From assembly GCA_943704425.1 (NCBI GenBank), contig CALSCP010002736.1, positions 1-64,000 on the forward strand: a DNA stretch of 64,000 nucleotides, written 5' to 3'. The stretch comes from Ministeria vibrans ATCC 50519 (taxonomy: Eukaryota; Protista; Filasterea). Positions 42,573 to 57,500 of this stretch are shown here, piece by piece. Below the pieces are notes generated by a model that worked only from the letters and a program-made list of their open reading frames with translations, made no database searches and had not been told where the DNA came from. Each line of letters opens with the position of its first letter. Position 1 is the first letter of the stretch. Position numbers and translations under genes: made by a program.

Positions 42573-45500
42573 ATGAACTTCTCGTGGGACGCCGGTCCAG
42601 CTTTACGGCGCCTCCGAGATGTCCTCCCGGACCTCGCAACGCCCTTATTAGGTCCTATTTTCAAGGCCCTTGACGGCGCAGGGGAATCGTCGGCGCGTGT
42701 GTCGGACCACGCGGCTCACGACACTCTTGTGGGAGTCGCGCGCGTCTTTGTGATCGCGTCGCAGCAGGACATGCGCGATCCAATCGCGCCCGCTTCCCTT
42801 GCAGCCGTTGCGTCGCTGCAGGCTGCGGTCGATGCACGCTTGCCCACCAGAGTGCTGCTCGTCGCGAGACTGTTCCGTCCACTTCTCCTCGAGATTGTGT
42901 CGCTTGCCATTCAGTCTTGCGATCCTCACGATCCCCACAGTCAACTCGCCATCGCGTACGCCCTTGCAGCAACCCTCCCCGTTTATCCCGATGCCATTGG
43001 ACCCACCGTACTCGTCAGATTCGCCTCAAACGAACGTCTCGCTGAGCATTTGCATCGTCTGGTCGACGACTGCGACACCGCCGATCCCACTCAACGCGCG
43101 ACGTCGTCTCTTCTGGCCGCACGCACACTCGCCTTTGTCGCGCACTCCTTTGTCTCCTTCAATGTGAACGCCTTCCGCGACGCCTGGGACTGGTCGTCGC
43201 TCTTGGCTCTGCTCCACGAGACACCCTCCACCGATCCCTTTGTGCGTCGTCACGTCGTACCCACCGCACGCCTCTTGCTGGGCGCCTCCGAAGCACAGGC
43301 GTCTGCCTGGACCTCCGTTGCCGGCGCACTCGACGACACACTCGCCGACAGCGCCGTCTACAGCGACTGGCTCGTCGAGGCTCACCAGTCCCTCGAACTG
43401 GCGCTCCTCCAAACGTGCAACGACAACGACGACAACACCAATGACGATGGACACGCATGGAGCCTCCCCATTGAAGCACGTCATCTCAGTGATACTCTTG
43501 TGGACTTGTGCGGTGTTCTTGTGCCCACCACGGCAGCAGAGGCAACACCAGCACACGACGACAACGACGCGCCGCACACCTCATTGCTTTACGCACTCAC
43601 GCCCTCAGCCGCAGACAACATGCACCGACTTGCAATGGCGCTGCTGCAGCCGCAACAGGCCATTCTGCTGACGGGCCCCACCAGTGCTGGCAAGACAGCG
43701 ACACTCGAGCACGCAACGCACCTGATCCACCGTCGTGCGCTCATCTCCATCCACATTGGCGACCAAACTGACAGCAAGACGCTTCTTGGCGGTTATGTCT
43801 GCACCGACACGCCCGGCGAGTTCCGCTGGCGTCCCGGTGCCCTCACGCGTGCCGTCACCGAAGGCCGTTGGCTTTGCATCGACGGCATTGACCGCGCCCC
43901 CTCAGACGTCATTGCCATTCTCATTCCCCTCATCGAACATGGTCAGTTGCCTATTGCCAGTCGCGGCGACACAGTGCGCGCTCACCCGCAGTTCCGCCTC
44001 TTTGCGACCGCCCGCGACGACGCCGACACCTTCCACGCTCACCATGCGCTTTGGACACGCGTGCGCATTACACCACTGCCTGACTCAGAGTACCACAATG
44101 CCCTCACTAGCGCCCTCCCTTCCCTCCGTGACCACCTCGCCACGCTCATTGCCGCCCACGTCGCTGTCCGTGACGCCATCACGCGGCGCCGCGGGCGCTG
44201 TCCGCAGTCACGCGACCTCATCAAGTGGTGCGCGCGTCTTGCTCAGACTTCTACCGCAGATTCAAGTGCCTTTGCCGAGTCGGCTCTCGCCGAGGGCATC
44301 GACTGCCTCTGCGGTGCCCTTCCGCCCGCCACCGAGGCGTTTGGTGAAGCCGCACTGGCTCTGGCCGACGCCCTTGCCGTACCCCGTCACCGTGTCGACT
44401 TTTTCCTCAACACCTACCGCCCTCGCGTCGCACTCTCACCCGACCAGCGTCAGCTCACCTTTGGACGAACCATCCTGCCCATCACACGCGCACCCGAGCA
44501 ACTCGACGAGCTCACCAGCGCTCCTCCGCCCCCCTTTGGCCACACACGGCACGCACTCGTGCTCATGGAACGCCTTGCCGCCTGCATCGCCCGAACCGAA
44601 CCCGTTCTGCTTTGCGGCGAGACGGGCGCCGGCAAGACTACCGTGATCCAGCACATGGCATCACAGCTTGGTCAGCAACTTGTCGTCGTCAACATGAGCC
44701 AACAAAGCGACTCGGCCGATCTTCTGGGCGGCTACAAACCCGTCAACATGCGTCTGTTGGCCGCTCCTCTCTTGCCCCACTTCCACGAGCTCTTTGGCGC
44801 CACCTTTAGTCGTCGCCACAACGCAAAATTCCTCCAGACCATCGACGACAAGTTTCGTCGTCGCAAGTGGGACCACCTCATCAAGTTGTTTCGCTCGGCC
44901 ATTCAAATGGTCCGTGACAAAATCGAAAAGGGCAAAGCAGCAGCAGCAAATGCAGAGACGTCAGCCGTGGCAGCAGCAGCAGCAGCAGTTGAGCCTGCTC
45001 TGAGTGACACACTCGTTGCAGGTTGGAATGAATTTGAGGAGTGTGTCGATCGGTTCTTCCAGCAACGATCGCGCGCTCAACATGGGTTTGCATTTGACTT
45101 TGTCGAGGGTGTCCTTGTACGTGCGCTGCGTCGCGGCCACTGGATTCTCCTCGATGAAATCAACTTGGCATCGCCCGAGACGCTCGACTGTCTGACGGGT
45201 CTGCTTGAGTCGTCGCATGGCTCGCTTGCTGTGACGGAACGTGGCGATCTCGACACCGTGACGCGTCACCCCAACTTCCGTCTCTTTTCCTGCATGAACC
45301 CCAGTACGGACTTTGGCAAGCGCGAACTGCCCACGGGCATCCGCTCGCGCTTTACCGAATTCTACGTGGCCGAACCCGACTCGGCCGAGGATCTCTCTAT
45401 CATTGTGCGTCAGGTGCTCAGCGGTGGGAGTGGCGCGTCGAATCAATCGTCCGATGTCGCTACAGCGCAGCCGGCCGATTCGCTGCGTCCCATGGTCGAC

Positions 45501-48500
45501 GCGTGTGTCTCCGTCTACCAGACGGCCAAGGCGGCCGCTAACGAGGCGCACCTGGCCGACGGCGAAGGGCGCCGCCCTCACTTCAGCTTGCGCTCTATGT
45601 GTCGCGCCGTCGCCTTTGGACGTCGTTGCGCGCGTCTCTGTGGCGGAGTTCGACGGGCTCTTGTCGAGGGTTATCTCATGTCGTTCACCACGCAGCTCAA
45701 CAGTGCCTCACGCGCAACTCTCTCCCGCCTCATTGTACAACAGATCGCACCCAACATGCAACAGCACGACCTTGTCAATGTGCCCCCACTTCCGGCCAAT
45801 GTCGCCTCGGACGAATACACATGCGTCGAGCGATTTTGGTTGCGCAAGGGGGCGCTGTTTGACGCCGACCGTGTCGCCAAGGCACGCGCCGCATCCGTCG
45901 CCAACGCCGACACTGAAGCTGTTATTGCCGCCGGCGGTGACGCTTACATCCTCACTGCGTCTGTGCGAGCCAACCTCGTCGCCATTGCACGGGCAGCGGC
46001 CGCAGGAGCTCAGCCTGTGCTGCTGCAAGGACCCACGTCAGCAGGCAAGACCTCCATGGTGCGTCATCTGGCGCTACTCACGGGACATCGCTTCACACGC
46101 GTCAACAACCACGAACACACTGACTTACAAGAGTACCTGGGCACCTATGTCAGTGACGAACAGGGCCGCCTAGTCTTCCAGGAGGGTGTCCTTGTCACGG
46201 CTGTGCGCGAGGGCCACTGGATTGTTCTCGACGAGCTTAACCTTGCACCGACAGATGTGCTCGAGGCGCTCAACCGACTGCTCGACGACAACCGCGAACT
46301 GTTCATCCCGGAGACACAGGAGACGGTCAAGCCCCATCGCGACTTTCTGCTTTTTGCCACCCAGAACCCGGCGGGTGCGTACGCCGGCCGAAAGCAACTC
46401 TCGCGTGCCTTTCGCAACCGTTTCGCCGAAATTCACTTTGACGACATTCCCTTGGACGAGCTCCAGTGCATCCTTGAGCGCCGCTGTCTCATTGCCCCGT
46501 CCTACTGTCAACGTCTCGTCAATGTGCTCAACGAGTTGCGCGCGCGTCGCCAAGACACGCGCGTCTTTGCCGGCAAGGAAGGGTTCATCACGTTGCGCGA
46601 CCTCTTTCGGTGGGCCGGACGTCGTCCCGACTCGTACCAGCAGCTCGCCGAAGATGGTTATATGCTGCTTGCCGAGCGATGCAGACGGGCCGACGAGCGT
46701 GAGACGGTGCGTGCGGCCATTGAAAAGCACATTCCACGCACCTCCATCAACGTCGAGCAGATGTACACGGGTCAGGCATTGCTAGACACGCTCGCAGCCA
46801 TGCCCCGCGACCAACTTGCACCGCAGCTGCACGATGTGGTCGCCACCAAGAGCCTGCGCCGTTTGCTCACCATTGTGTCACGCTCGCTCGAGAACCACGA
46901 GCCTGTGCTGCTCGTGGGCGACACGGGTTGTGGCAAAACGACTGTGTGCGAACTGCTTGCGGCATTGCGCCAACGTCCTCTGCGCGTCGTTGCTTGTCAC
47001 CAGCACACCGAGACGAGTGACTTCCTTGGCAGCATGCGACCTGTTCGGTCCCTTGGCGAAAGCGCAATGGAGGAACAGGAGCAGGAGAAACAGCGCAAGT
47101 GGTTTGCGTGGCAAGACGGTCCCCTCGTCGAGGCGATGCGCGACGGCTCACTCTTGCTCGTCGACGAGATCTCTCTTGCGGAAGACTCGGTGCTCGAGCG
47201 TCTCAACCCGGTGCTTGAGACACCCGCGACACTGGTGCTTGCTGAGAAGGTCGGTGCAGCCATTGAGCATGTGCGTGCCTCGAGTGACTTTGCCGTGCTT
47301 GCTACAATGAATCCAGGCGGTGATTTTGGCAAGAAGGAGCTCAGTCTGGCGTTGCGCAACCGTTTCACGGAGGTGTGGGTGCCGCCGGTGACGGACCTCG
47401 ACGACATGCGTCTCATCATTGACCACGAACTCGCCAAGTGTTCCTTACCCGAGCCCCTACCCGCCTACATACCCTCGGGTATTCTTGCGTTTGTCTCGCA
47501 CTGCCGTGAATCGGCACTCGCCGCGCGTGCCAAGGCGACCACCGTCTCGCTTCGTGATGTCCTTGCCTGGGCTCGCTTTGTCGCGACCACAGCGCCTCGC
47601 GTAGGACCCGCCGCCGCCTTTGCGCACGGCGCCGCGCTGACTTTCATCGACGCCATGGAGCCATCGCCGTGGCGCTCCGCCTGCGTTGAGGTGGTGCTCG
47701 CGCAGCTGCCGCCTGCCCACGCGAGCGAGCATGCCGTCTCGAGTGCCTTTGACGAGACAGCTGGTGCGCAGGTGACGCTCGAAGCAAACGCAGCGACCCG
47801 CACATTTGCGCTGGGTCCCTTCGCAGTCGAGTACGGCGGCGAGAGTGACGCTTTTGCGAGTGTGTATACACTTGACGCGCCCACCACGCGCCGCAATGCG
47901 TTGCGTTGCATGCGTGCGCTGCAGTCGCGCAAACCTATTCTGCTTGAGGGAAGTCCCGGCGTGGGCAAAACCTCACTGGTATCTGCCATTGCTCGCTGTG
48001 CTCAGCGCAAACTCGTGCGCATCAACTTGAGCGAACAAAGCGATATTGCCGATCTGTTTGGCTCGGATTTGCCCGTCGACGGCGGTGCACCCGGCGAGTT
48101 TGCCTGGCGTGACGGACCCTTTCTGCAGGCGGCGCGTGCCGGCGACTGGGTTCTGCTTGACGAGCTCAATCTTGCGTCGCAGCAGGTTCTGGAAGGTCTC
48201 AATCCGTGTCTGGACCACCGCAGCACTGTTTTTGTGCCCGAACTCAATTTGCAGTTTGCCTGTCCAGCCTCCTTCCGCGTGTTTGCCGCGCAAAACCCTG
48301 CCGTGCAGGGCGGCGGTCGCAAGGGATTGCCTCGCTCCTTCCTCAACCGCTTCACGCAGGTGCACGTCTCACCCCTCGGCGCCGCCGACTACGTCGCCAT
48401 TGCATCGGCCGCGCATCCGCAGCTGTCACCCTCTACCATTGAACGTATGGTCCAGTTTAACGCCCAGGTGCACACGCTGAGCGCTCGTCTCCCCGGCGGG

Positions 48501-51500
48501 CCCTGGGAGTACAACCTGCGTGACGTGCTTCGCTGGTGCGACTGTCTTGTGTCGCGTCCCGACGCCGCTCAGGACCCCGCACGTTTTGTGGATTTCATTT
48601 ATGCCCAACGTTTGCGCTCGATCGACGACCGCGAACTTGTCTGGCGTGCGTTCACGTCTGTCTTCCAAGACGTCATTCCCGCCGAGCAACTTAGCCGATG
48701 CCACGAAGACCTTGGTCGTGATCGTTCGCGTCCCTTCTTTCGCCTCAGCGAATCCTTTGTACAGTTTGGCGACGCGTGGGCCCTGCGTCGCACCAACGAC
48801 ACGTCCACCTCAACCACCCTGCCCGTCGCTTCGTCGTCCTCCTCCTCATCGTCGGCGTCACTGTTGCTGGGCACGGCACTGCGTCCCCTGGAGCACCTGC
48901 TCAAGTGTGTCGAGATGAACTGGATGGCCATTCTTGTGGGCCCCGCTGCTTCGGGAAAGACTTCGCTTGTACGTCTTTTGGCCGACGTGCTCGGACGTCC
49001 ACTGCGCGAGCTTGCTGTCAACGGTAGCACCGACACCAGCGAACTGTTGGGCGGCTTCGAGCAGACCGATGCAGCGCTGGCGGCTCGTGAAGCCAAGGGA
49101 GCGGGACGCCACGCCATGGACGCTGTGTGCTCGTTGCTGCTCACACAGGGTCGCATTGACGAGGCATGTGCTCTGCTCCACGAGTGGAACACCGTTGGCG
49201 GCGCACACGACCATGCGTCGTCACTTGTTGCAATTGCTCAAGTCATGGACCGACTCACGAGTGCACTTCAGAAGAGTGCCAACGACGATGACGACAAGAG
49301 CACCGACGACGCGTCAGTTGACATGCTTGTGCAAGTCATTGAGCAGTGTCGTATGTTATTGGAGCACGCCACCGAAGTGGCCACGCACGGCGCAGGGCGC
49401 TTCGAGTGGACCGACGGTGCGTTGGTGCATGCCCTTCAACGTGGCGAATGGCTTCTCATTGATGGTGCTAATCGATGCAGTGCCGCCGTACTGGACCGTC
49501 TCAATGCTCTGCTTGAACCCGGCGGTGTGCTGGAGCTGAGCGAGCAAGGTGTGGTCGACGGAAAGATTCGTCGCATTGCCGCTCACCCTGATTTCCGTCT
49601 GTTTCTCACGGTTGACCCGCGCGACGGCGAACTCAGTCGTGCCATGCGTAATCGTGGCATTGAGTTGCACGTGGACGCCGTTAACACGTCACACTCGCAC
49701 GACCTTGCGTCGCTTGTGCGCGCTCAGGGTGTTGCCGATCCGTCTCTCGTTGCCTCTCTCGTCGCCCATCACTGTGCGCAGTTTCGTCCGCATCGTGCTG
49801 CGCCGTCGCTTCGCTTGCTCTTGCGCGCCGCCGCCTGGACTGCCTCGGCGGTGTACCAGGGTGTCGCGCCCAAGCAGGCGCTCATCAACGCGTGTGATCA
49901 GGTGTACGCGTCGCACAGCGACTTTGTGCCCGCCGACGCAGCACATCAACTGCGTGGTCTCACTCCTTGGCATGTGTCGCGCGCCACGCTCAACCGTGGC
50001 ACAGCCGCGACACAGACGGTCCTCCGTGACGCTTCTGTGCTCGTCGACATTGTGGTGGCGTCCCACGAGAGACCCGCGCACAGTGATGACGACGTGACAC
50101 GGTCATCGGTGCTTCGTCGCGTCCGTGCCGCCGTGGAGTTTTTCTGCTCGCTGGCGTCGCTCAGTGACTGGCGATGCCGCGCCACACTGCTGGATCGTCT
50201 TGCGGCCGCGACTTATGTGGCCAACGATGACGATGACGAGGCTCGCTCGAACGCTCTACTCATTCGGGATGCACTTGAGTTTGGGTGCACGTGGTTGCGC
50301 CGAGCCGCCACCGAACACACACTCTTGCCACAGGCACAGGCGCACCTGGCACGCGTGCTGGCGTCTCATCCAGCGTTTGCCACGACAAAGTCTGTGCAGA
50401 CGCATTTTCTGTGCGAACAGCCCCTTGACGTACAGGTGAACGGACCCGTATCGCGCTACATTGCTGCGGGTGTGGTGGACGCGACGACTGCTGACGCATT
50501 TACACAGTATGTTCAGTTGAGCTTGCGCACTCACACACTGCGGTCGCTCGAGGCTATGCTTGCCCAGCAACAAGTCAACGATGCGCGTGCTCGTGAAGGA
50601 TCGCTGTGGTGGCAGGCGCTGCGCTGCGACGAGGCGGGTGTGGGTGCAGTGGAGTTGGCGCACCCTGTTGCCGAATGGCTTGTGCCCGCTGTGCGCTCGG
50701 TACGCACACTGGTGCTCACCGCCGTCTCCAATTGCGCTGCTGAGGACTGGTCGTCTGAGCTGGCGCGCGACAGTTTTACCACGATGCACGCGTGCCTTGC
50801 TCTTCAGTCGAGCTGCAACTCGACTGGCGCGGAGATTGCATTGGACGCGCTTGCAGTCTGCTGGCGTCTCCTGTGCGACGCCATTGAGTCACTCGTGGGA
50901 AATCGTTCCTCGCTTGTGCTTGACAGCCACCTAGTGGTGGTGGCCGAAAAGCTCGATGCAAGTCTCGGGGGTGTGCGTCATGCGGCACTGTGGCGCCCCT
51001 TCTGGCTGCACGGCGGCCACCCTCGCGGCTTCCGCAGTGTCCAAGCAGCTGAGACCCTGCGTACGCTGGTCGAGGCGAGTGAGCGATTGCACACACACGC
51101 ACGCGCCGCCGACGAACGCACGCGAGTCACGGTGAGTCAGTTGCGTGGGAGTCTATGTGACGCCGCTGTGACTGTGTTGCTGTTGAACGAGCGAGGCGAG
51201 GACACGGGCGACGGCTCGGCCTCCCATTTGTTGAGTGAGCTTGCGAGTGTCGCGTCGCTTGTCGATCGTCATTTGGAGCAGCGTGCAGTTGCGCCCACCA
51301 TTCTTACGTCGCAACAGGAACAACGACTTAAACAACAGCAACAGCAACAACAAACTGGTTCGGTGACAGCTTTGCGTGGACTTGGCAGTGACAATCTCAA
51401 CGACCGAGCGGCAGCCTATGCAGCAGCTCACATTGACGGTGTGCCGGGCAACGCGGACGACGACGACGACGACAATGGTCTCGCATCGATGGCGGCCGTC

Positions 51501-54500
51501 GCTGAGCGTCTGCGTCAGGTGGCGTACGACGAGGCGGAGCGGTTGCGCCATCTGGTGTTGACACTTGACGAGCGTGCGTTGCACGCCGATCTGCTCGCGT
51601 GTGTGCTGGAGGCAGGTAAAACTCAGGACGAAGCGTGTCGTGGTGACGGCGGTCCTGTGTTGTTTGGCGATGCCCTTGAGCAACGACTGCTTGCCATTGG
51701 CGCGCGTGTGCTTACCTGTGTTGAACGACCCGCCCACAGCGCTGCTCCCTACCGACAACTCGAGTGGCGACTCGCGAGTGGACGACAGAACACTCGTGAT
51801 GCCGTGGTGCGCACTAGCACAGCGCTCGAGTGTACCATGGGCGACCAGCACTGGCGTGTGGGCGGACCTCAGGTGGCGACGAGTGCGTCACAGACGACGC
51901 ACTTGTTGCCACTCTGTGTGAATGCTCTGGCCGTGCCTCTGGGCGAGCTTCAAGCGAAGAAGATTCAGCTGGAGCAGGTGGTCGAGCATCTTGAGCGTGC
52001 GGCGCCTTCGCTTGTTGCCTGGCGTGTTGACAAGGCCGAGTGGCGCATTCTTGGCGTGTGTTTTGCGCGTGTTCTTCTAGCGTACGCTGGCGAGGCAGTT
52101 GACGAGACGCTGGCCGAGCAACTGACCGCACTTGCGCGTGGCGATGCGACGCATTTCGACGGTGCTTCGCTTCACCGTGTTCTTCCCGTCTCGCCCGATT
52201 TGAGTGGCAGCGACAGTGTTGCCCAGTGCATTGAGCTCTTTTCGCAACAGATTCACGATGTATCGCTGGAGGAGCACACAAGCACGCGTCGTCGTGGACA
52301 CGTGGGCGTTCATCTTGGGCTGCTTCGATGTGCCCTTGTGCGTCCCGCCAGTGCCGTTGATCCGGCCGTGTTGAACGCGGTGAAGTTGGCGACGGTCTGT
52401 GAGCGCACCGAAGACCTGGAGGCCGAGATTGACGTGCGTCGATGGCACGAGCAGGTCGTTTCGGGTGGCGCATCGAGCACTGCGGCGATTCGGGAGCGAC
52501 AAGAGTCGTTGGCCGTGATGCAAGTGGCGCAAAAGGAGTACGAGGAGGACACGACGGTGCGCCCAAATCCGCCAGCCTTCACTCAGTTGCACCAAACGCT
52601 GTCGGTGCACTTGGGCCAGGGTGGCATTGGATCGCTGGAGCGTGCTTGTGCGCTTATGGCGTTGCTCGAGGAAGTCTCTCAGCTGGTGGTGGCGGAGGAT
52701 GCGCGCGCGCTCACCGAGGCACTTGCCAAGGAGCGCGTGTGGCAAGATGCACAGGCGGCGCTCATTGTGCGTCTGCGTGATTCATTTGCGCTCTATGTGG
52801 ACATTGTAGAGCCGATTGTGGCGGGACTGGAGCAAGCGCGTGTTGGTATGCGTCTGGTGGCTGCTGTGGCCGCTGCACAGTGTTTGCGCACGCCCACAAC
52901 GGCCGCGCTCCTTGGCGAACTGCTCACCGTGGGCTCGTCGTGTCTGTGCAACTCGCGTGCGTCCATTGGGCTGCTCTGCGAAGCAGCCGTGTCTTTGCTG
53001 CACGCCAAGAAACCCGATGCGAGCAGCGGCAAGAAGAACCCGAATCAATATCGCACGCACGAATGTGCGATGTTGCTACTGCGCACGGCGCTGGAGCGCG
53101 CCATGTGGGTGGCTGGACAGCGCGGTCGTGACGACGAGGAGGCTCGCGAGACGCTGGCGGCCGTCATGACTGTGTACATGGACTACTGGCGTGCGTACGA
53201 GGCGCAACGACTGGAGCGCGAGGCACGCGAGAGCGAGTTGTACAAGTACACGTCGGGTGGACGCAAGAAGGTGTACGAAGGGGACACGGAGGAGGCGGAC
53301 ATTGAGGCGGAGCTGCGTGTGCTTTTTCCGTTGTTTGACGCCGATCTGGCGGAGAACCCGGAGCAGCAGCAGCAAGAGGAGGAGGAGGCGGCAGCGGCAG
53401 ACGCAGCGGCCACTTCTGTGATGGACGATGTTGAAGGACGACTGCAGCCACTGGACGACTTTGATGTGGGATTGTTAGTGAATGCACATGCTCGAGTGTA
53501 CGGCGATGCGTCTTCCGCTCACGTTGTGAGCCGACCGGACCGTGTGGCGATGCTGGGTACGAGCTACGAGGCGGCCGAGTGTGTGCAGGCGTGTGCGACC
53601 CGTGGCAACACAACAGCCACAACAACCACAATGAGTGAGACGGCGAGTGACTGGTGGCAGTCACCACTGCTGGCATGTGCACATCTTGACGACGATGCTT
53701 TGCCGGCGCATGCAGTGGCTGCGGCAACGCTGTCGCGTACACTGGACGGTGACGATCTAACCAATGGTTCGGCGTTGCGCTCGTTGTCAATTCGTCGTGA
53801 TGAGCACAACAAGAGCGGAGAGTTCAGCTCGAGCGTCGATGTGTATCGGGAGGCGGCGCTGCACGAGGTGCGACGCGCGCGTGCCGTGCTCTCATCGTTG
53901 CGCGAAGGAGCCAACCGGGTGCTGGGCGAGTTTCCCGGTCAGCCACTGGTGCTACGACTGCGCGAAGTCTGCGAACGAGTGGAGTCGTTTCCCGTTGCAA
54001 GTCCTCTCATGCGATTTCTTTTGGGTCTCGAGGCGGTGCTGCGTGCGGGACAAGAGTGGGAAGAGTTTGCGGCGAAGCACGTGTCGTTGGCGCCCATTAT
54101 TGCCGACGTAACGGCGATTGTGATGCGCTGGCGACGCTTGGAGCTGCACAGCTGGGCTCTGTTGCTGGACAATCGCGAGACGGAGTGTCGACGGGCCGCA
54201 CAACAGCACTGGTTTAATTTGTACATGGCACTTGTGGTGCGTGCGCGCGAGGCAGACGACGTTGGCGAGGCCGATGCGCATGTGGTGCAGCTCTTTGAGA
54301 CCATCGAAGGCTTCCTGCGCAACGGCACCCTCGGCGAGTTTTCCATGCGCATGACGCTGGTGCGCTCATTCCACGGCCAGGTGAGCACGCTGGCACAGAG
54401 TCACGGTGTCACTACAACTGTGTGGGCGCGCATTGCGAGTGTGCTTGACAATGCGCTGCGTTTTTACGGACAGTACGCGACAACGGTGCGCGAGCGACTT

Positions 54501-57500
54501 GCTGCGTCACGCACTCCCATTGAGAAGGAGCTCAAGGGAGCGGTGCAATTGGCGCGATGGCGCGACGTGAACTATTGGTCGGTGCGCGACCATGCGGAAC
54601 GGACGCATCGCACGCTGCACAAGTGGTCGCGCAAGTACCTGACGGCCTTGCGACGTCCCATGGCCGAGGCACTCGGTGGCATGGGCACCATGAGTGACCT
54701 GTCACGTGCTGCCAAGGGAGCCGATGAGGTGAAGGAGGTCGAGGCGCAGCCAATTGTGGTTGTGGATGAGCTTGCGGAGAAGCTGCGTGAGCTAAAGCGC
54801 AAAAAGAAGGAACTCATGCAACGCCGCAAGAAGAAGAAAGAAAAGAAGCAAAAGAAGAAGAAGAAGAATGACGAAGGAAAGGATGATGATGAAGAAGAAG
54901 AAGAAGGGACCGTGGTGAGTGTGTTGGACACGATTGATGCGATTGTAGGACAATCGGAGCGTGTGCTGGGCCGACTCGAGTCGCTTGTGGCCTCGAGTGC
55001 ATCCTTGAACAATAGCGGTGACGATGGAGCTGGCGTGTTTTCCGTTGCTCATGTGATTGCCAAGGTGCAACGGTTGTGGCGCAACGACCGACTGCTCCCG
55101 GCGTGTCCTGAGGCCCATTTGGTGCAGGCCGGCGACATGGCGGAGGAGATTGGATTGCGTGTGCGCTACTTTTCGTCGTGGGTGTTCAAGGATCCACGGC
55201 CGACACCCGGTGTGAACATGAGCAATGTGGAGGAGGCGCGCACGGAGCGACGACGCGTGCGCAAGGTGCGCAAGACGGCCGAGCGGCATATGGACGCGCT
55301 CAAGCGCAAGGCACTGGCACATCTGTTGCGTCAGCTGCGTGCAATGGGTCTGTCGTGGCGGTCGCGTCAGGCGGTGTCGTTCCGAGACGCAGCACAATTG
55401 CGAGCGCCCGCACTGCACGATCCCACTGCTCCTGTGGCTCTGCGAGTGAGTCCCGAGCGCGCGCGTGAACTGTGCGAGTCGCACTCGAACGAGGCCGACA
55501 CCTTGTTCTATCGTGCGCTGGCGGGCACTGCGACCATGCGCGTGGCCTTTACACAGCCACACAGCGATATTTTGGCGAATGCTTTGTCGCAAAAGTGTCT
55601 CGGGTACGTCGAGGATATGCTTGCCATGATGCTGCAGCAGCGACGTCTTGTGTCGGACATGTCTGTGGCGGCGCGTGCGTCCGCTGCACGTCTTACTGCA
55701 TTGGAACATGCTGTAGATGATGGGAGTAGTGCGGTGTGCGACGCACCCTATGTGGTGCGCACGCACTGGGTGGATGCACGCAATGCTGTTGCGCGTGTCT
55801 ACGACGCCCTGGAGCAGGCGGCTGTGGTGGTGGAGACGGCACGACTTGCACCATTGGGTGTTGTGCTTGCGGCCCTGGGAGACGCAAGTGGACGCGTATC
55901 GCGTGTACTGCTGCAGCCGATGCCCACCCAGCTGATTATGGTTGCGCACCATGGACTCACGCGTCTCTGCGGCGCATTGGACGAGGCTGTGGCTACGTGT
56001 GTACAGCTTGAGGCGACGCTTGGCGCTGGTGTGGTGGCTACGGGGAGTCTTGCAGCGCGTGTGCTCGGTGACATTGTTGCGGCGGCTCAAGATTGTGTCA
56101 GTGTGCGTGCTCGTGTGACTGCGGCCCTGCAACAGCAGCAGCAGGAAGAGGAGGAAGGGGAGGAGGAGGAAGTGGAGCAGCTTCAACGTGCTGTGGTGGA
56201 GCAAGTGATGGTTGCGCATCAGCGAGTGCAGAGCATTATGCAGGCGCGTGTCAGAGAGGAGAAGGAGCGTGTGGCCAAGGAAGCCAAGCTTACACGCGAC
56301 GATGGTGACAAACCTGACGCTGAGGCTGAGGCCGAGGCTGAGGCTGAGCGAGTGGTGTCGTTGCGGAAGACCCAGGCGCATTTTGCCGCGTTGTGGCGTG
56401 GAGTGCGATCGAGTGTGGTTGCGGAGCGCATTGAGGCCTTTGCGCGTGGCGTCGAGAAGAAGAGACACACGAAGAAGGACATGAGCGTGTCGATTGTGCG
56501 TGTGCGTGCGGTTGCAGAACAGCATGCGTTGCTTGTGGAGCGCGTCCTGTGTGAGTTTGTGGCGCACCATGTGGGCTGTTGTCGACTGGCACGAGTGATG
56601 CTGGGGGTATTCACTGAGCTGGCACACAAGGGGTTCTGTCGAGCGGAGGCGGAGGCAGACGAGAGTGGCGATGAGGAGGAGGGAGCCGGTGGGAAGGGAC
56701 AGCTTGAGGTGGATGGCACCGGGATGGGAGAAGGGACGGGCAAGAAGGATGTGAGTGACGAGATTGACAATGAGGGACAGGTCGAAGGGCTCGAAGGCGA
56801 TGAGAAGCAGGACGGTGATGAGGAGGAGCAGGAGCAGGAGGAGCAGAGCAAGGAGGATAAGGAAAAAGGGTTGGACATGACGAATGACTTTGAAGGCGAT
56901 TTGTTTGATATGGATGGCAATGATGAGCAGGAGGAGCGAGACGAAGAGGCGTCGGAGGACGAGCTGGATGAGCAGATGGCGGAGGATGGACTTGATGAGG
57001 AGACTGCGGATGCCGTGGATGAGAAGATGTGGGGCGACGACAGTGACGATGAGCAAATGGATGTGGAGGAGGAAAACCGGGAGTTGGGCAAGGGAGTGGA
57101 TGATGAGAAGAGAGATGTTGAGATGGGAGCAAAGCCGGAGGAGGAAGAAGAGGAGGAAGGGAAGAGGAAGAAGGAGGAGGAGAAGGAAGAGGAGGGAGCG
57201 ATGGACAAGGATGATACGCGCAAGGGGGAGGAGCATGGCAAACCGGAGGAGAAGAATGAGGAAGGGGAAGAGGAGGATGAGGAGCGGGTGAAGGAGGAGG
57301 AGTATGATGAAGATCGGTACTTGAATCCGGAAGACAAGGGAATGGCGTTGGAGGATGAAGAGGATGTGGAGGCGAAGGAGGGAGAGGAGGAGAAGGAAGA
57401 GGAGGAGGGAGAGGGAGAGGGAGAGGGAGAGGACATGGAGCTTGAGGATGCAATGGACGTGGATGGAGAGGAGAAGGAAGGTGGTGAAGGAGAGGCAGAA